Source: a bacterium
GTDB taxonomy: Bacteria; DRYD01
Direction of reading: 5' to 3'
DNA: 64,000 bases
Assembly: GCA_039630415.1 (NCBI GenBank)
Contig: JBCNVB010000018.1
Location: forward strand, 35,233-99,232
The stretch's first letter is position 1, and each line of letters starts with the position of its first letter. The notes under the pieces were generated by a model. The model was not told where the DNA came from, did not search any database, and saw only the letters and a list, made by a program, of their open reading frames with translations. The position numbers were made by a program, and so were the translations under genes. Positions 34,217 to 44,459 of this stretch are shown here, piece by piece.

Positions 34217-35584
34217 CTATCCTTCTCTATTGTACTTATCACTTATTCTAACTATGTCTTTTTCTGATAGGATTTCACCTAATTGAATTTCTAGAATTTC
34301 CATACTCTCATCTGAATCATTTATAGCTTTATGAATAGTTCCTTTGGGAATGTATATGAAATCTCCTCTCTTTATTGTTCTTTGTTGATTATTTATGATT
34401 ATTCTTCCATATCCCTTGATAACGACCCAGTATTCATCCCTATGTTGATGATACTGAAGAGAAATTTCTTGATGAGGATAGATTGTTATATTTTTTATTC
34501 TGTAGTTTTGTTCATTATTTTCTATTTCCCTATAGAATCCCCAAGGTCTAAAATCAAACGTATTAAAATCTTTTTGTTCTTGTGAAATTTGATCAAGTAA
34601 GTAAGATATGTTTTTTGATTTTCCCTTTTTGGATATCAACTGAAAATCTTTAGTATCTACAATTACGACGTCCTTTACATTTATTAAGCAATACTTTTTA
34701 GGTGATTTCACTTCAAATTCATCCAAAATTATGTTAGCTTTAGAGTTTACTGCTATAAGTTTCTCTATATCATGATTGGATATTTTTGTTATTTCTTCAA
34801 AACTGCCTAGATCTGACCAACCAAAAGTAGATTTCAATACATACAGATTTTTTGTTTTTTGGCTGTATAGATAGTCTATAGATATCGATGGAAAATAATT
34901 AGACTTATCAATCAATGATTTCAAATTATTGAATTCCTTTAGGTGTGAATTAACCAAGAAAAAATCTTCCAAAAAGAAAGAAGATTTAAAAGCATATATT
35001 CCTGAGTTCCACAAGTAACTGCCAGTTTTCAGATAGTACCTGGCTTTTGATTTATTAGGTTTTTCCACAAATTTGTGAACTTGGAATAGATCTTCATCTA
35101 CCATTTCGCCTTTCTTTATGTAACCGTACTCGGTAGATGGAAAGCTAGGTTTAACACCAATTATGAAAGTTTTATCGAATTTTTGCATAAAACTAACTAA
35201 TTTGGCTATTGAATTATCGAACTCCTGGTGATTTAAAATATAATGGTCACTTGGGAAAAATACAAAGGAACTTTCTTTTACACCAAACTTTTCAAACGAT
35301 TGATATATCCCAAGTAGTATAGCATAGGCAGTATTCTTAGGTTCTTCCTCCAAAATTATATCCTGCCCTATATCCGGAATGTCTCGTAGTACCAAATATA
35401 GATGTCTTTTATTTGCAACCACAAGTATTTTGTCAAATATACCTAATGTTTTTATCCTTTGGTAAGTTAACTCAAGTAGACTTTTACCATCAAATATTTT
35501 TACAAATTGTTTTGGATAATTAGTTCGAGATAAAGGAAATAATCTTTTGCCAAAACCTCCACAAAGTATAACCGCTATTTTCAT
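34217..35584 (-). CDS. manC: mannose-1-phosphate guanylyltransferase / mannose-6-phosphate isomerase (bifunctional, cupin C-terminus)
   Basis: N-terminal nucleotidyltransferase motif ILCGGFGKRLFPLS. C-terminal cupin QYHQHRDEYWVVIKGYGRI. Confidence 0.7.
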   Translation of the reverse strand: MKIAVILCGGFGKRLFPLSRTNYPKQFVKIFDGKSLLELTYQRIKTLGIFDKILVVANKRHLYLVLRDIPDIGQDIILEEEPKNTAYAILLGIYQSFEKFGVKESSFVFFPSDHYILNHQEFDNSIAKLVSFMQKFDKTFIIGVKPSFPSTEYGYIKKGEMVDEDLFQVHKFVEKPNKSKARYYLKTGSYLWNSGIYAFKSSFFLEDFFLVNSHLKEFNNLKSLIDKSNYFPSISIDYLYSQKTKNLYVLKSTFGWSDLGSFEEITKISNHDIEKLIAVNSKANIILDEFEVKSPKKYCLINVKDVVIVDTKDFQLISKKGKSKNISYLLDQISQEQKDFNTFDFRPWGFYREIENNEQNYRIKNITIYPHQEISLQYHQHRDEYWVVIKGYGRIIINNQQRTIKRGDFIYIPKGTIHKAINDSDESMEILEIQLGEILSEKDIVRISDKYNREG

Positions 35585-35603
35585 ACAAACCTACTCATTT
35601 ACT

Positions 35604-36014
35604 TTAAACATCTAGTACTATCCTTCCATAATACCTATCCAAATCTATTTCCATGTTGTGATATGTTGGAGCTTTTAAGTATGAAACAAATTTTTGAATC
35701 TCAATTACCTTAGCTTTGAAAATAGCCTTTCCTTGATGAATTTGTAAATCTTCTACTAATCTTATAACTTTCCTTTTTACTTCAACAAAATATATAAACC
35801 TGCTTATGAAGTTATACACCAATTCATCGTAGCTTTGATATTTGATCGTGAAAGTTTGTTTTCTCATTTTCTCTACATTTTTTAGAAATTTCTCGTTTTT
35901 TGATGTAAATAAGCTCCATAACGCTTCCAACAAATCATTAAAAAACTCGTGGATTGAATTACTTTGAATAACTACCATTACATCAGCTGTATGATCTTGG
36001 AATGTGTATGGCAT
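35604..36014 (-). CDS. archease
   Basis: 136 aa. The N-terminal MPYTFQDHTADVMVVIQ matches the archease 'FE.HTAD' signature. Confidence 0.5.
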   Translation of the reverse strand: MPYTFQDHTADVMVVIQSNSIHEFFNDLLEALWSLFTSKNEKFLKNVEKMRKQTFTIKYQSYDELVYNFISRFIYFVEVKRKVIRLVEDLQIHQGKAIFKAKVIEIQKFVSYLKAPTYHNMEIDLDRYYGRIVLDV

Positions 36015-37513
36015 TATTTTTTAGCTAGGTTACTATTTTTGTAGCCGTATAGGAAGTATATTGATAGACCTATAGCTGTCCATATTAGTAGTCTTATCCA
36101 TGTGTCTGGTGGTAAAAATACCATTTGAAGGAAACAAGCCAAGGCACCTAAAGGAGCAAGGACATATACTAAAGGCATTTTGAAAGGCCTATTTATGTCA
36201 GGTCTTTTTATTCTAAGAATTAGTACAGCTATACATACTATGCTAAATGCGAGAAGAGTTCCGATAGAAACAAGCTCTCCTAGAACACTTATGGGGAATA
36301 TTGCAGCTATTCCCATCGCTACAAGAGTAACTACTATGGTAGATACGTGTGGTGTTTTGAATTTGGGATGAACTTTTGAGAAGGCTGGTGGTATAAGTCC
36401 ATCTCTAGCCATAGCAAAAAAAATTCTGGTTTGACCTAGGAGAGTCATTAAAATAACTGATGTTAGTCCAGCAATAGCTCCTAGTTTAACAACCAATATC
36501 AACCATTCAAACCCCGCTCCCATAGCATTTACAGCTACAGCTATGGGTGCAGGAACTTGTAACTGACTATAATGCACCACACCTGTTAAAACTAAAGCCA
36601 CAGAAATATACAAAATGGTAGATATAAACAAAGACCCCAGTATTCCTACAGGTATATCTCTTTGTGGGTTTTTAGCTTCTTGCGCGGCAGTAGAGACCGC
36701 ATCAAAACCTATGTAAGCAAAAAATACCACACCAGCTGCCCTCAAAATTCCAGCCCATCCATACTCGCCAAAATCATCACCAGCAGGAGGTATAAAAGGA
36801 TCCCAATTGCTAAAATCAACTTTACCAAATCCAATTATCACAAATAAAATCAATACAGTCACTTTAATTATGACAATTATATTATTAACCAAAGCAGATT
36901 CGCTTATTCCTATTAGTAGGATTACACCTACGATAAACACAATCATAACTGCAGGTAGGTTTATATAGCTTCCAGTAAGATGGAGTCCCAAGTATTTTTC
37001 AATAAAGCTCAGTTCTTTTCCAGCTTCTATTATTTTTCTTTTTTCATCCGGTGAAAGGACATCAACAGGAGCATTAGTAAATTCAGGTGGTATATGTATA
37101 TTAAATTGTTTTAGTAAATCTATGACGTATCCAGACCATCCAACTGCCACAGTAGAGCCTGCGATAAGGTATTCTAGTACTAGGTTCCAGGCAATAAACC
37201 AAGCCCAGAATTCCCCTAAGGTAGCATAGGCATAAGTGTAGGCACTTCCAGCTATGGGAACCATAGCTGCAAATTCTGCATAAGCTAACCCAGCTAGAGC
37301 ACAGGCTATACCAGATATGATAAAAGAGATTGCCACTGCAGGACCCGCGTAGGAAGCTGCCGCATGACCAGTTATAACAAATATACCAGCTCCTATAATT
37401 GCACCCAAGCCTAGCGATATTAATGCTAATGGACCCAGTGCTCTTTTTAACTGAGGACCTTGCTCCAGATCACTTAAAAATTCTTCAACACTCTTTTTCC
37501 TTAGTAAATTCAT
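36014..37513 (-). CDS. APC-family amino acid permease
   Basis: 499 aa protein with 12 predicted TM segments. The amino-acid-permease N-terminal region is GLGAIIGAGIFVITG. Confidence 0.7.
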   Translation of the reverse strand: MNLLRKKSVEEFLSDLEQGPQLKRALGPLALISLGLGAIIGAGIFVITGHAAASYAGPAVAISFIISGIACALAGLAYAEFAAMVPIAGSAYTYAYATLGEFWAWFIAWNLVLEYLIAGSTVAVGWSGYVIDLLKQFNIHIPPEFTNAPVDVLSPDEKRKIIEAGKELSFIEKYLGLHLTGSYINLPAVMIVFIVGVILLIGISESALVNNIIVIIKVTVLILFVIIGFGKVDFSNWDPFIPPAGDDFGEYGWAGILRAAGVVFFAYIGFDAVSTAAQEAKNPQRDIPVGILGSLFISTILYISVALVLTGVVHYSQLQVPAPIAVAVNAMGAGFEWLILVVKLGAIAGLTSVILMTLLGQTRIFFAMARDGLIPPAFSKVHPKFKTPHVSTIVVTLVAMGIAAIFPISVLGELVSIGTLLAFSIVCIAVLILRIKRPDINRPFKMPLVYVLAPLGALACFLQMVFLPPDTWIRLLIWTAIGLSIYFLYGYKNSNLAKK

Positions 37514-37806
37514 AGATAATACCCCCTGTCATACTCAAACATAAATTCCGGAACTCTTTTTAATGATAATCTCCTAAAAAGATCCTTTCTTATTTTTCTC
37601 GAATTTCTATTCAAAAATTCTTCCACCTCAAATCCTTGCTTAAAATTTTCAGATACACTAACAAACATAAACTTGACTTTTTTTAGATCAGGAGAAATAA
37701 GAACTCTGGTTATCTGAACATCACTTAAATTTAAATCGCTATGAAGGTAGACTCCTACTTCCTTATGTAGTAAGCTTCTTATTTTTTCTATCCTTTCATT
37801 TTTCAT
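37510..37806 (-). CDS. hypothetical protein
   Basis: 98 aa ORF, coupled by a 4-bp overlap with the downstream 121-aa ORF. Confidence 0.3.
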   Translation of the reverse strand: MKNERIEKIRSLLHKEVGVYLHSDLNLSDVQITRVLISPDLKKVKFMFVSVSENFKQGFEVEEFLNRNSRKIRKDLFRRLSLKRVPEFMFEYDRGYYL

Positions 37807-38168
37807 TGTGATTTTATAGATTGAATTATCTCTTTTAAGTATTCAGCATTTTTACCAACAAATTTGATAACAAAATAGTTTGGTTTGAATAAAATTATTA
37901 AAACTTTGTTATTATCTTGATAATCATCAGCAATAATAGAAAAGTCATTTGTATTCAGGATAAGAGTTATAAGGTCAGATTTTGTTCTTGTTGCTTCATA
38001 ACTTTTAAGAGTTTTTATCACAGCAGAACAAATTTGATTTACCTCTTCTACAGCCTTATCAGCTTTAAAATAGTACTCTATAAAAATTTCTTTTTCTCTG
38101 TCTGCTATTATTAGTCCCATTATGTCATCAGAATTGTTTACGAACTTTTTAATGGTTTCTGGGTTCAT
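37803..38168 (-). CDS. hypothetical protein (possible Roadblock/LC7-like fold)
   Basis: 121 aa. Weak resemblance to the roadblock/MglB alpha-beta pattern. Low confidence. Confidence 0.3.
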   Translation of the reverse strand: MNPETIKKFVNNSDDIMGLIIADREKEIFIEYYFKADKAVEEVNQICSAVIKTLKSYEATRTKSDLITLILNTNDFSIIADDYQDNNKVLIILFKPNYFVIKFVGKNAEYLKEIIQSIKSQ

Positions 38169-38228
38169 GTATATTTTCCCTCCTGTACCAAAGCAAATTT
38201 ACCTAACTAAGCTTATTCTTCAAAAGTA

Positions 38229-38507
38229 TCATTTATCCTTCTTTGTTGGTTTAATGAAATGTTTGGAAAAAAATAGTATAGTTCCACTTATTGATAGTCC
38301 TATGAGGGCTATACCAACAACAATGACCCAATATTTTAAGATACCCCATTCCCAAGTATGTAAAGTAAAGAAAAACTCCTTGATATCTTTGGGTATCTGA
38401 TTTCTAAAAACTAGTATTATGCCACTAATAGCACTTGTAATAAAAAAAATAGCAAATGTTATACCTGTATAGGCATGAATTTTTCTGATCCAACTTAATA
38501 ATTTCAT
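38229..38507 (-). CDS. small membrane protein
   Basis: 92 aa protein with three predicted TM helices. Confidence 0.35.
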   Translation of the reverse strand: MKLLSWIRKIHAYTGITFAIFFITSAISGIILVFRNQIPKDIKEFFFTLHTWEWGILKYWVIVVGIALIGLSISGTILFFSKHFIKPTKKDK

Positions 38508-38541
38508 TTGATATAATTCTTCTTACTTTTATTTTTCCCTA

Positions 38542-39558
38542 TTAAGTATAGATCCAATACAAGAGGGATAAAAAATTTAGTAAAGAATGGCAGAAGACAG
38601 TTGGAACTATACTTGCATATCGTATATAAACAATTCCTAAAAATACGCCAATTGCTCCAATAAGTAAACTCACATATATATCCTGGAAATGAACAATTGA
38701 AAAAATAAATGAACTAATCAGAATAGAAAAAACTTTACTCATGAAATTGCTAAGCATATCTATTAAGTGTTTTCTAAAGATTATCTCCTCAATAAGTGGA
38801 ACGACAATAACAAGGGTTACTAGGTACAAAACCATTTCATAAAATGTTGAATATCTTACGTATACGACGATAAAACTATTGTCATAGTTTTTGGAAATTC
38901 CCATAGAAACTGCCAACGATAATACAAATATAAAAGCACAGGATAAAATTAAGCCCAGTATTGTTTTGGTATTTGAATTAAGAAAACGTAAAAATGATAC
39001 AAAAAACATATAAAAATCAAACTTTTTTGTAGCATGAAGCAAGAAAAATACAGTCATAGGTGCTAAAATCAAAGCAGTTCCGAATATAATAGACTTCCCA
39101 ACGGATACGTTAAAACCAATCATTTCTTGTTCTATAAATGTCAGATAAATTTTCAGACCAATAAACTGAAAACAAACCTGTAAAAAGTAGTATATAAAGA
39201 AAATAGCATAAAAATTATCACTTCGATAATTTAGATTACTTGAATTACTAAGTTTAGGTCTGAATATATACTTGCCTGAATATGTTAAAAACACGAAAAT
39301 ACATCCTAGTGTTATAATAAACAAGAAGAAGAGCCTCTTATCGTTAGAATTATCAAATTTAATACTCTGGTAGTAGTCAACCAATAATTTTGGATTGTAT
39401 AATATTTCTTGTAATTCAAAACTTTCGTATTGGTAATCAGATTGATACAGGTTAAGTACATATAATACCAGCAATATACCAATAAAAAGTGCTAGGACTA
39501 TACGTTGCTTATAATTACTTAAGATATTTTTCAGTATGCGAAAAAACATAGTTAGCAA
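38542..39558 (-). CDS. CPBP-family intramembrane metalloprotease (CAAX protease/Abi)
   Basis: 338 aa polytopic membrane protein with EEIIFRKHL (EExxxR) and FSIVHFQ (FxxxH) motifs. Confidence 0.6.
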   Translation of the reverse strand: MLTMFFRILKNILSNYKQRIVLALFIGILLVLYVLNLYQSDYQYESFELQEILYNPKLLVDYYQSIKFDNSNDKRLFFLFIITLGCIFVFLTYSGKYIFRPKLSNSSNLNYRSDNFYAIFFIYYFLQVCFQFIGLKIYLTFIEQEMIGFNVSVGKSIIFGTALILAPMTVFFLLHATKKFDFYMFFVSFLRFLNSNTKTILGLILSCAFIFVLSLAVSMGISKNYDNSFIVVYVRYSTFYEMVLYLVTLVIVVPLIEEIIFRKHLIDMLSNFMSKVFSILISSFIFSIVHFQDIYVSLLIGAIGVFLGIVYIRYASIVPTVFCHSLLNFLSLLYWIYT

Positions 39559-40606
39559 ATTCTACGGGATCAGTATATTGATACTCAAACATTCCAAGTT
39601 CATTAAAAATATCTAACTTAATTATATCCACATTTTTCGATAGTGGTTTCCATCTTTTAACGTCAAAATCAAAATATCTGTTTGCAAATATAGCTATTAA
39701 ATTAACATTAAAAGCAGAAGCTATATGCATTATTCCACTATCAAAACATATTAAGCATCTACAATCCTTTATCATATTCATCATTTCCATAAATTCAGGA
39801 TGTATAGCGTTATGAATTTTTCTGGGACTAATAAATGCAACTTTTAAGCTGGTATAACTTTTTTTGGAAAGCTCTTGTATTTTCTGAATCAGGTAACTTA
39901 CAAACCTAGTTAGCCAAACTTTACCTTCTTCGTTATAGAAAAACATTTCTTTATCAAAAATTAATACATCGTACTTTTCAAAAGATACATTAGGTACAAC
40001 TAGGTTTGTCAAACCAGTAAAGTTTTGTACCAAAAACTCTAAATCTTCTTTAAATAGAGCAGAATTTTGATAACTAATATCTAAATCCAATTTAACTACC
40101 TCTATATTTTGAAATACTTCATGCCTTACCTTTGATAAATCATCAATTTGGGATTTATCAACTTCGTCAATATAGTAAGTATAATTGTGAGAGAAAAAAA
40201 AGCGATTTATTCTAGTTTGGTAGAAGTATGTATATTTTTTAGATGCTTTAAGTTTAGATCCAAGCAAATAGCTTACAGTAGTTGGACTAAATACAAAAAC
40301 TTTTTCAAACCCAGTACTATCTCTAAAAAACAGAATTTTCAGGTAATTAAGTACATCATTCAAAAAGTTATGCCCTTTCAAATTCCTATAAAACAAGTTT
40401 ACTGGAATAATTTGAATAGAATCAAAATAGGGGTGTATAATTTTAGAATCGTATACGAACAAACGGGAATTATGGGGATTAAATATTCCAACTACTTGGT
40501 AATCCCTATAGTGATCTCTTATTATTTTTATAGCTGGAAGGGTTAAGATAGTATCCCCAATCCTATCTAATCTTACTACAGCTATTTTTGGTTTATTCTG
40601 TTGCAT
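39515..40606 (-). CDS. glycosyltransferase family 9 (heptosyltransferase-like)
   Basis: 363 aa. The N-terminal KIAVVRLDRIGDTILTLPAIKII is typical of GT9. Confidence 0.55.
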   Translation of the reverse strand: MQQNKPKIAVVRLDRIGDTILTLPAIKIIRDHYRDYQVVGIFNPHNSRLFVYDSKIIHPYFDSIQIIPVNLFYRNLKGHNFLNDVLNYLKILFFRDSTGFEKVFVFSPTTVSYLLGSKLKASKKYTYFYQTRINRFFFSHNYTYYIDEVDKSQIDDLSKVRHEVFQNIEVVKLDLDISYQNSALFKEDLEFLVQNFTGLTNLVVPNVSFEKYDVLIFDKEMFFYNEEGKVWLTRFVSYLIQKIQELSKKSYTSLKVAFISPRKIHNAIHPEFMEMMNMIKDCRCLICFDSGIMHIASAFNVNLIAIFANRYFDFDVKRWKPLSKNVDIIKLDIFNELGMFEYQYTDPVEFANYVFSHTEKYLK

Positions 40607-42348
40607 TTTAACTCTTCTTTTATTTGTTGTAAAGTTTTAGTATTAAGTACATTATGTTTTTTACACATTGCTTTTCTTGCCCACTTAACACCAAACTCCA
40701 TGTATTCCATCTGTAAAGTAGAATGAGCATCAGTATTTATTACAATATTAAGCTCTTTGTTAGTACATAGTCTATAGTTTATAATATGCTCATAGTCAAC
40801 ATCTAATCTATCTAAATGGCTGTTTATTTCGATATACTTCTGATGTTGATTAGCATAGTTAAAAATATTGAATATATCCTCTTGAGATAGTTTAATAGCT
40901 TCCCTTTGTCCCAATATTCTGGAAGTTAGGTGACAAAGAATATTACCCTTCGTAAGAGCGTTAATTATTCTTTGATAGTTTTGATCATTTCTAAGTTTAA
41001 AGTCTGAATGAATAGAAAGATTAATATAATCAAGTTTTGGTAAAATCTTTTCTAGTGACTTATTTTTCTCATAATCAAGATTTCCAAAGGTATCTATGTT
41101 TTCCTCAACTGCCCATAGTATATCAAGGTTTTGAACTTTTGAAAAGCTAGCATATGAATCGACTTTATCCTGCAGATAGTCTATATGGTCAGATATTCCT
41201 ATGTAAGAATATCCCATTTGCAGAGCTTTCATAGCCATTTCATGAACAGTATTTTTACCATCCGAAAAAACAGTATGCAAATGTAAATCTCCTTTAATAT
41301 CTTTAATACTTACCAAATCTGAAAAAGTATTAGTTTTTGCAATTTCAAAGATTAATGGATAATCCAACAATTCATCCGGTATAGGATTAACCCCTAAGTA
41401 TTCATAAAAATCATTCATAGTTTTCAGTTTAGTGAATATTGGATCAATAATAAAATCTTCTAAACTTTTCGATGTGTCTATTTTGTCTATATCCGTATAG
41501 CGAAGTAGAAAGTAGATTTCTAAAGGTAGATAGTATTCGCAGAAAATAAACAGAATAGGTACTTTCAAAACAGAAGTTTTTAATATCAGAATATTGGTAT
41601 TTCCAATTTTCTTAACTTCATGTGATAAGGCAAATTTTTCAAATTCCTTGAAATTATCTTTGAACCATTCAGCAGGGTTCTCCTGATTTGAAGGGATGAT
41701 TATACATATTTCCTCAATAATTTTATCAAATCTCCTAATAGGTCCCGTTTCAACATACTCTATACCCTTTTCATACAGATTTTTTTTTATAAGCTTGTAT
41801 ACTCCATAAATTTCATAAAAAAAAGAATAGCCATGATAATTGCAAAGCAAATCCTCTATTTTTTTTATCACTCTACTTTTAAAACCTTCATAGGAAAATT
41901 TCAAGCCAGTTTTTTTTAGTAACTTGAAGAGAGCTTTATAGAAATCCTCGTCATTTTGTATATACAATATATCTCTTAAAGTTAGTATTTGCTGAAATTG
42001 TTGATTTAGTTGATAACTAATTTGTTCTATAAAAACATCAAAGTTTTCTACGTAGTTAGATAGGTCATTTAGGATGTACCTTAGAAAAAGTAGTTTAAAC
42101 TTCTGTATACCCCCGAATTTTATTACTTCGCTTACCTTATTAGCTATATTTGCATCAAAGAATTTGTGATTTAAATCTAGTTTTTGTTTACCTTGAGTAA
42201 TATACTCGTATATATGATCCCTTAGGAAAGACAATCTTCTTTTGTAATATTTTATTTTAGATACGTTGCAGGGATCAGATAAGTAAGCTAAATATACGTA
42301 ATTTTCGAAAGCTTCTAGAATTTTGAGTGAGTCATATTCAATAAGCAT
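40582..42348 (-). CDS. PHP-domain protein with PolX-like length and architecture (N-terminal region unrecognised)
   Basis: 588 aa. The C-terminal part has PHP-domain motifs: GDLHLHTVFSDG, ISDHIDY, and downstream His/Asp motifs. No polymerase beta palm motifs are visible in the N-terminal roughly 330 aa. Confidence 0.4.
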   Translation of the reverse strand: MLIEYDSLKILEAFENYVYLAYLSDPCNVSKIKYYKRRLSFLRDHIYEYITQGKQKLDLNHKFFDANIANKVSEVIKFGGIQKFKLLFLRYILNDLSNYVENFDVFIEQISYQLNQQFQQILTLRDILYIQNDEDFYKALFKLLKKTGLKFSYEGFKSRVIKKIEDLLCNYHGYSFFYEIYGVYKLIKKNLYEKGIEYVETGPIRRFDKIIEEICIIIPSNQENPAEWFKDNFKEFEKFALSHEVKKIGNTNILILKTSVLKVPILFIFCEYYLPLEIYFLLRYTDIDKIDTSKSLEDFIIDPIFTKLKTMNDFYEYLGVNPIPDELLDYPLIFEIAKTNTFSDLVSIKDIKGDLHLHTVFSDGKNTVHEMAMKALQMGYSYIGISDHIDYLQDKVDSYASFSKVQNLDILWAVEENIDTFGNLDYEKNKSLEKILPKLDYINLSIHSDFKLRNDQNYQRIINALTKGNILCHLTSRILGQREAIKLSQEDIFNIFNYANQHQKYIEINSHLDRLDVDYEHIINYRLCTNKELNIVINTDAHSTLQMEYMEFGVKWARKAMCKKHNVLNTKTLQQIKEELKCNRINQK

Positions 42349-43447
42349 TGTTTTCTATAACTATTTTATCCCTAAAATTAATCTTTTTGTTGTTAATTGG
42401 CTTATTTATGATGTTAACTATCAATCCGATAGCTATCCAATTGACAATTAGCGATGTTCCTCCATAGCTTATAAAGGGAAGAGTTACACCAGTAGCAGGT
42501 AACAAAGATAAGGTTACAGACATATTAATTACAGCGTTTATAAAAATCATGAAAGTTAACCCAAAAGCAAGTAATTTATAGAAAACATCATTTATTTTAG
42601 ATATTCTAAAAATCATCAGGGTAAAGAAGGTAAGGAAAATTAGTACTATGATTAAATTAGCTACCAAACCTAATTCCTCACCTATAACTGAGTATATAAA
42701 GTCGGTGTGTTTTTCAGGTAAGTAGTAATGTTTTTGTGTACTATTACCTAATCCTACTCCCCATATGTGTCCTCTACCATGAGCTATTAAACTTTGGATG
42801 ATATTATAACCATAGCCTAAGGGGTCAGCCCAGGGGTTCATAAAAGCTAGTATTCTTTTGACTCTATAGCTTTCAGAAAATAGGAGAAATAGAAAACCAA
42901 TTATAGAGAACACGACCAAGGGAAGAAAATGCCACAAAGGAGTACCCCCAATGAACATTATTGATAAAAATATTAGTCCAATAATTGCAGCATTCCCTAA
43001 ATCTGGTTCTAAGTTAATTAAAAAAACGAATACCAGCATTAAAATAAATGGTGGGACAAATCCCTTTTTAAAATTCTCTATTATGTTCATACGAGCTGAA
43101 ATAAAGTAAGAAGTATACAAAACTATAGCTATTTTAGCTAGTTCAGAAGGTTGAAAATTTACTATCCCCAAATTTATCCATGCTTTAGAACCGTTAACCT
43201 CTATTCCTAAAGGAGTCAAAACCAATACTAACAGGATAATATTTCCTATCACAATCGGAATTAAATATTGTTTTAGTTTTTCTAAATCAATTCTAGAAGC
43301 TACAAAAAAACAAATTAAACCAATAACCAGAGCTACAATTTGTTTAGTTACCAAATGTATACTAAAAGATGCAGAGTATATACATATAATCCCAAACAAT
43401 GACAATGCTAAAAATATAGAAAATATTAACTTACTTAGGTTATTCAA
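42338..43447 (-). CDS. SEDS-family peptidoglycan glycosyltransferase (FtsW/RodA)
   Basis: 369 aa polytopic membrane protein with the typical FtsW/RodA C-terminal region LPATGVTLPFISYGGTS. Confidence 0.8.
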   Translation of the reverse strand: MNNLSKLIFSIFLALSLFGIICIYSASFSIHLVTKQIVALVIGLICFFVASRIDLEKLKQYLIPIVIGNIILLVLVLTPLGIEVNGSKAWINLGIVNFQPSELAKIAIVLYTSYFISARMNIIENFKKGFVPPFILMLVFVFLINLEPDLGNAAIIGLIFLSIMFIGGTPLWHFLPLVVFSIIGFLFLLFSESYRVKRILAFMNPWADPLGYGYNIIQSLIAHGRGHIWGVGLGNSTQKHYYLPEKHTDFIYSVIGEELGLVANLIIVLIFLTFFTLMIFRISKINDVFYKLLAFGLTFMIFINAVINMSVTLSLLPATGVTLPFISYGGTSLIVNWIAIGLIVNIINKPINNKKINFRDKIVIENNAY

Positions 43448-43449
43448 GT

Positions 43450-44436
43450 TTAATCAAAAAGCTCACTTATTGATTTTTTGAAGTAAATTCTTTTAATTAC
43501 TTCGGATATTAGATCTGCAATTGAACAGACTATTATTTTGCTATTAGTATGTTTTAGGGGTATAGTATCTGTTACGAATATTTTTTCGATACATGATTTT
43601 TCTATTAACTGTATAGCATTTGAGCAGAAAACGGGGTGTACCGCTAGGACGTATATTTTTTTAGCTCCCATATTTGCAAGCTTTTCAGCTGCATTAACTA
43701 TAGTTTTACCTGTTGATATCATATCGTCAACAATGATTACCTCTTTTCCTTGTATATCACCTACTACCTCTAAACATTCTACTTCTTCTACATCAGGTCT
43801 TCTTTTGAACATAACAGCTATAGGTAATCCCATTTTTTCAGAGTACATTCTTGCTCTTACCACACTTCCAGCATCTGGTGCTACTATAATGTGATTATTC
43901 TTGTCTAACTTACCTACATAATTTACAAATTGAGAAGCTAAGGAACTGTAAGCAAATAGATTATCGAGAGGAATATCAAAAAATCCTTGAATAGCTGGAG
44001 AATGAAGATCAACAGTAACAACTCTATTAGCTCCAGCAACAGTTATTAAGTTAGCAACCAACTTTGCAGTTATTGGTTCTCTTCCTGAAACCTTTTTCTC
44101 TTGCTTTGCATACCCAAAGTATGGTATAATAGCAGTTATACTATTTGCAGATGCTCTTCTTACAGCATCTATTATTATCAATAATTCCATTAGATTATCA
44201 TTAACAGGAGGACAAGTTGACTGAATAATAAAAACATCTTTTCCTCTAACGTTCTCTAAAATCTTAACTCTTATCTCACCATCAGAAAACCTGGAAATAA
44301 TACTATTCGCTAATGGTATACCTATCTTTTCCGATACCTTTACTGATAGTTCTGTATTTGAATTACCTCCTATGAGTATTAGTTTATCATAGAGTTCTTT
44401 TTGTGCTTTTTCTTCTTGAGTTCTTGGACTTATCAT
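43450..44436 (-). CDS. prs: ribose-phosphate pyrophosphokinase
   Basis: 328 aa. Contains the PRPP-binding motif VIIVDDMISTGKT and the N-terminal PRS domain. Confidence 0.85.
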   Translation of the reverse strand: MISPRTQEEKAQKELYDKLILIGGNSNTELSVKVSEKIGIPLANSIISRFSDGEIRVKILENVRGKDVFIIQSTCPPVNDNLMELLIIIDAVRRASANSITAIIPYFGYAKQEKKVSGREPITAKLVANLITVAGANRVVTVDLHSPAIQGFFDIPLDNLFAYSSLASQFVNYVGKLDKNNHIIVAPDAGSVVRARMYSEKMGLPIAVMFKRRPDVEEVECLEVVGDIQGKEVIIVDDMISTGKTIVNAAEKLANMGAKKIYVLAVHPVFCSNAIQLIEKSCIEKIFVTDTIPLKHTNSKIIVCSIADLISEVIKRIYFKKSISELFD

Positions 44437-44459
44437 ACAATTCCCCCCAATAATTTTCT

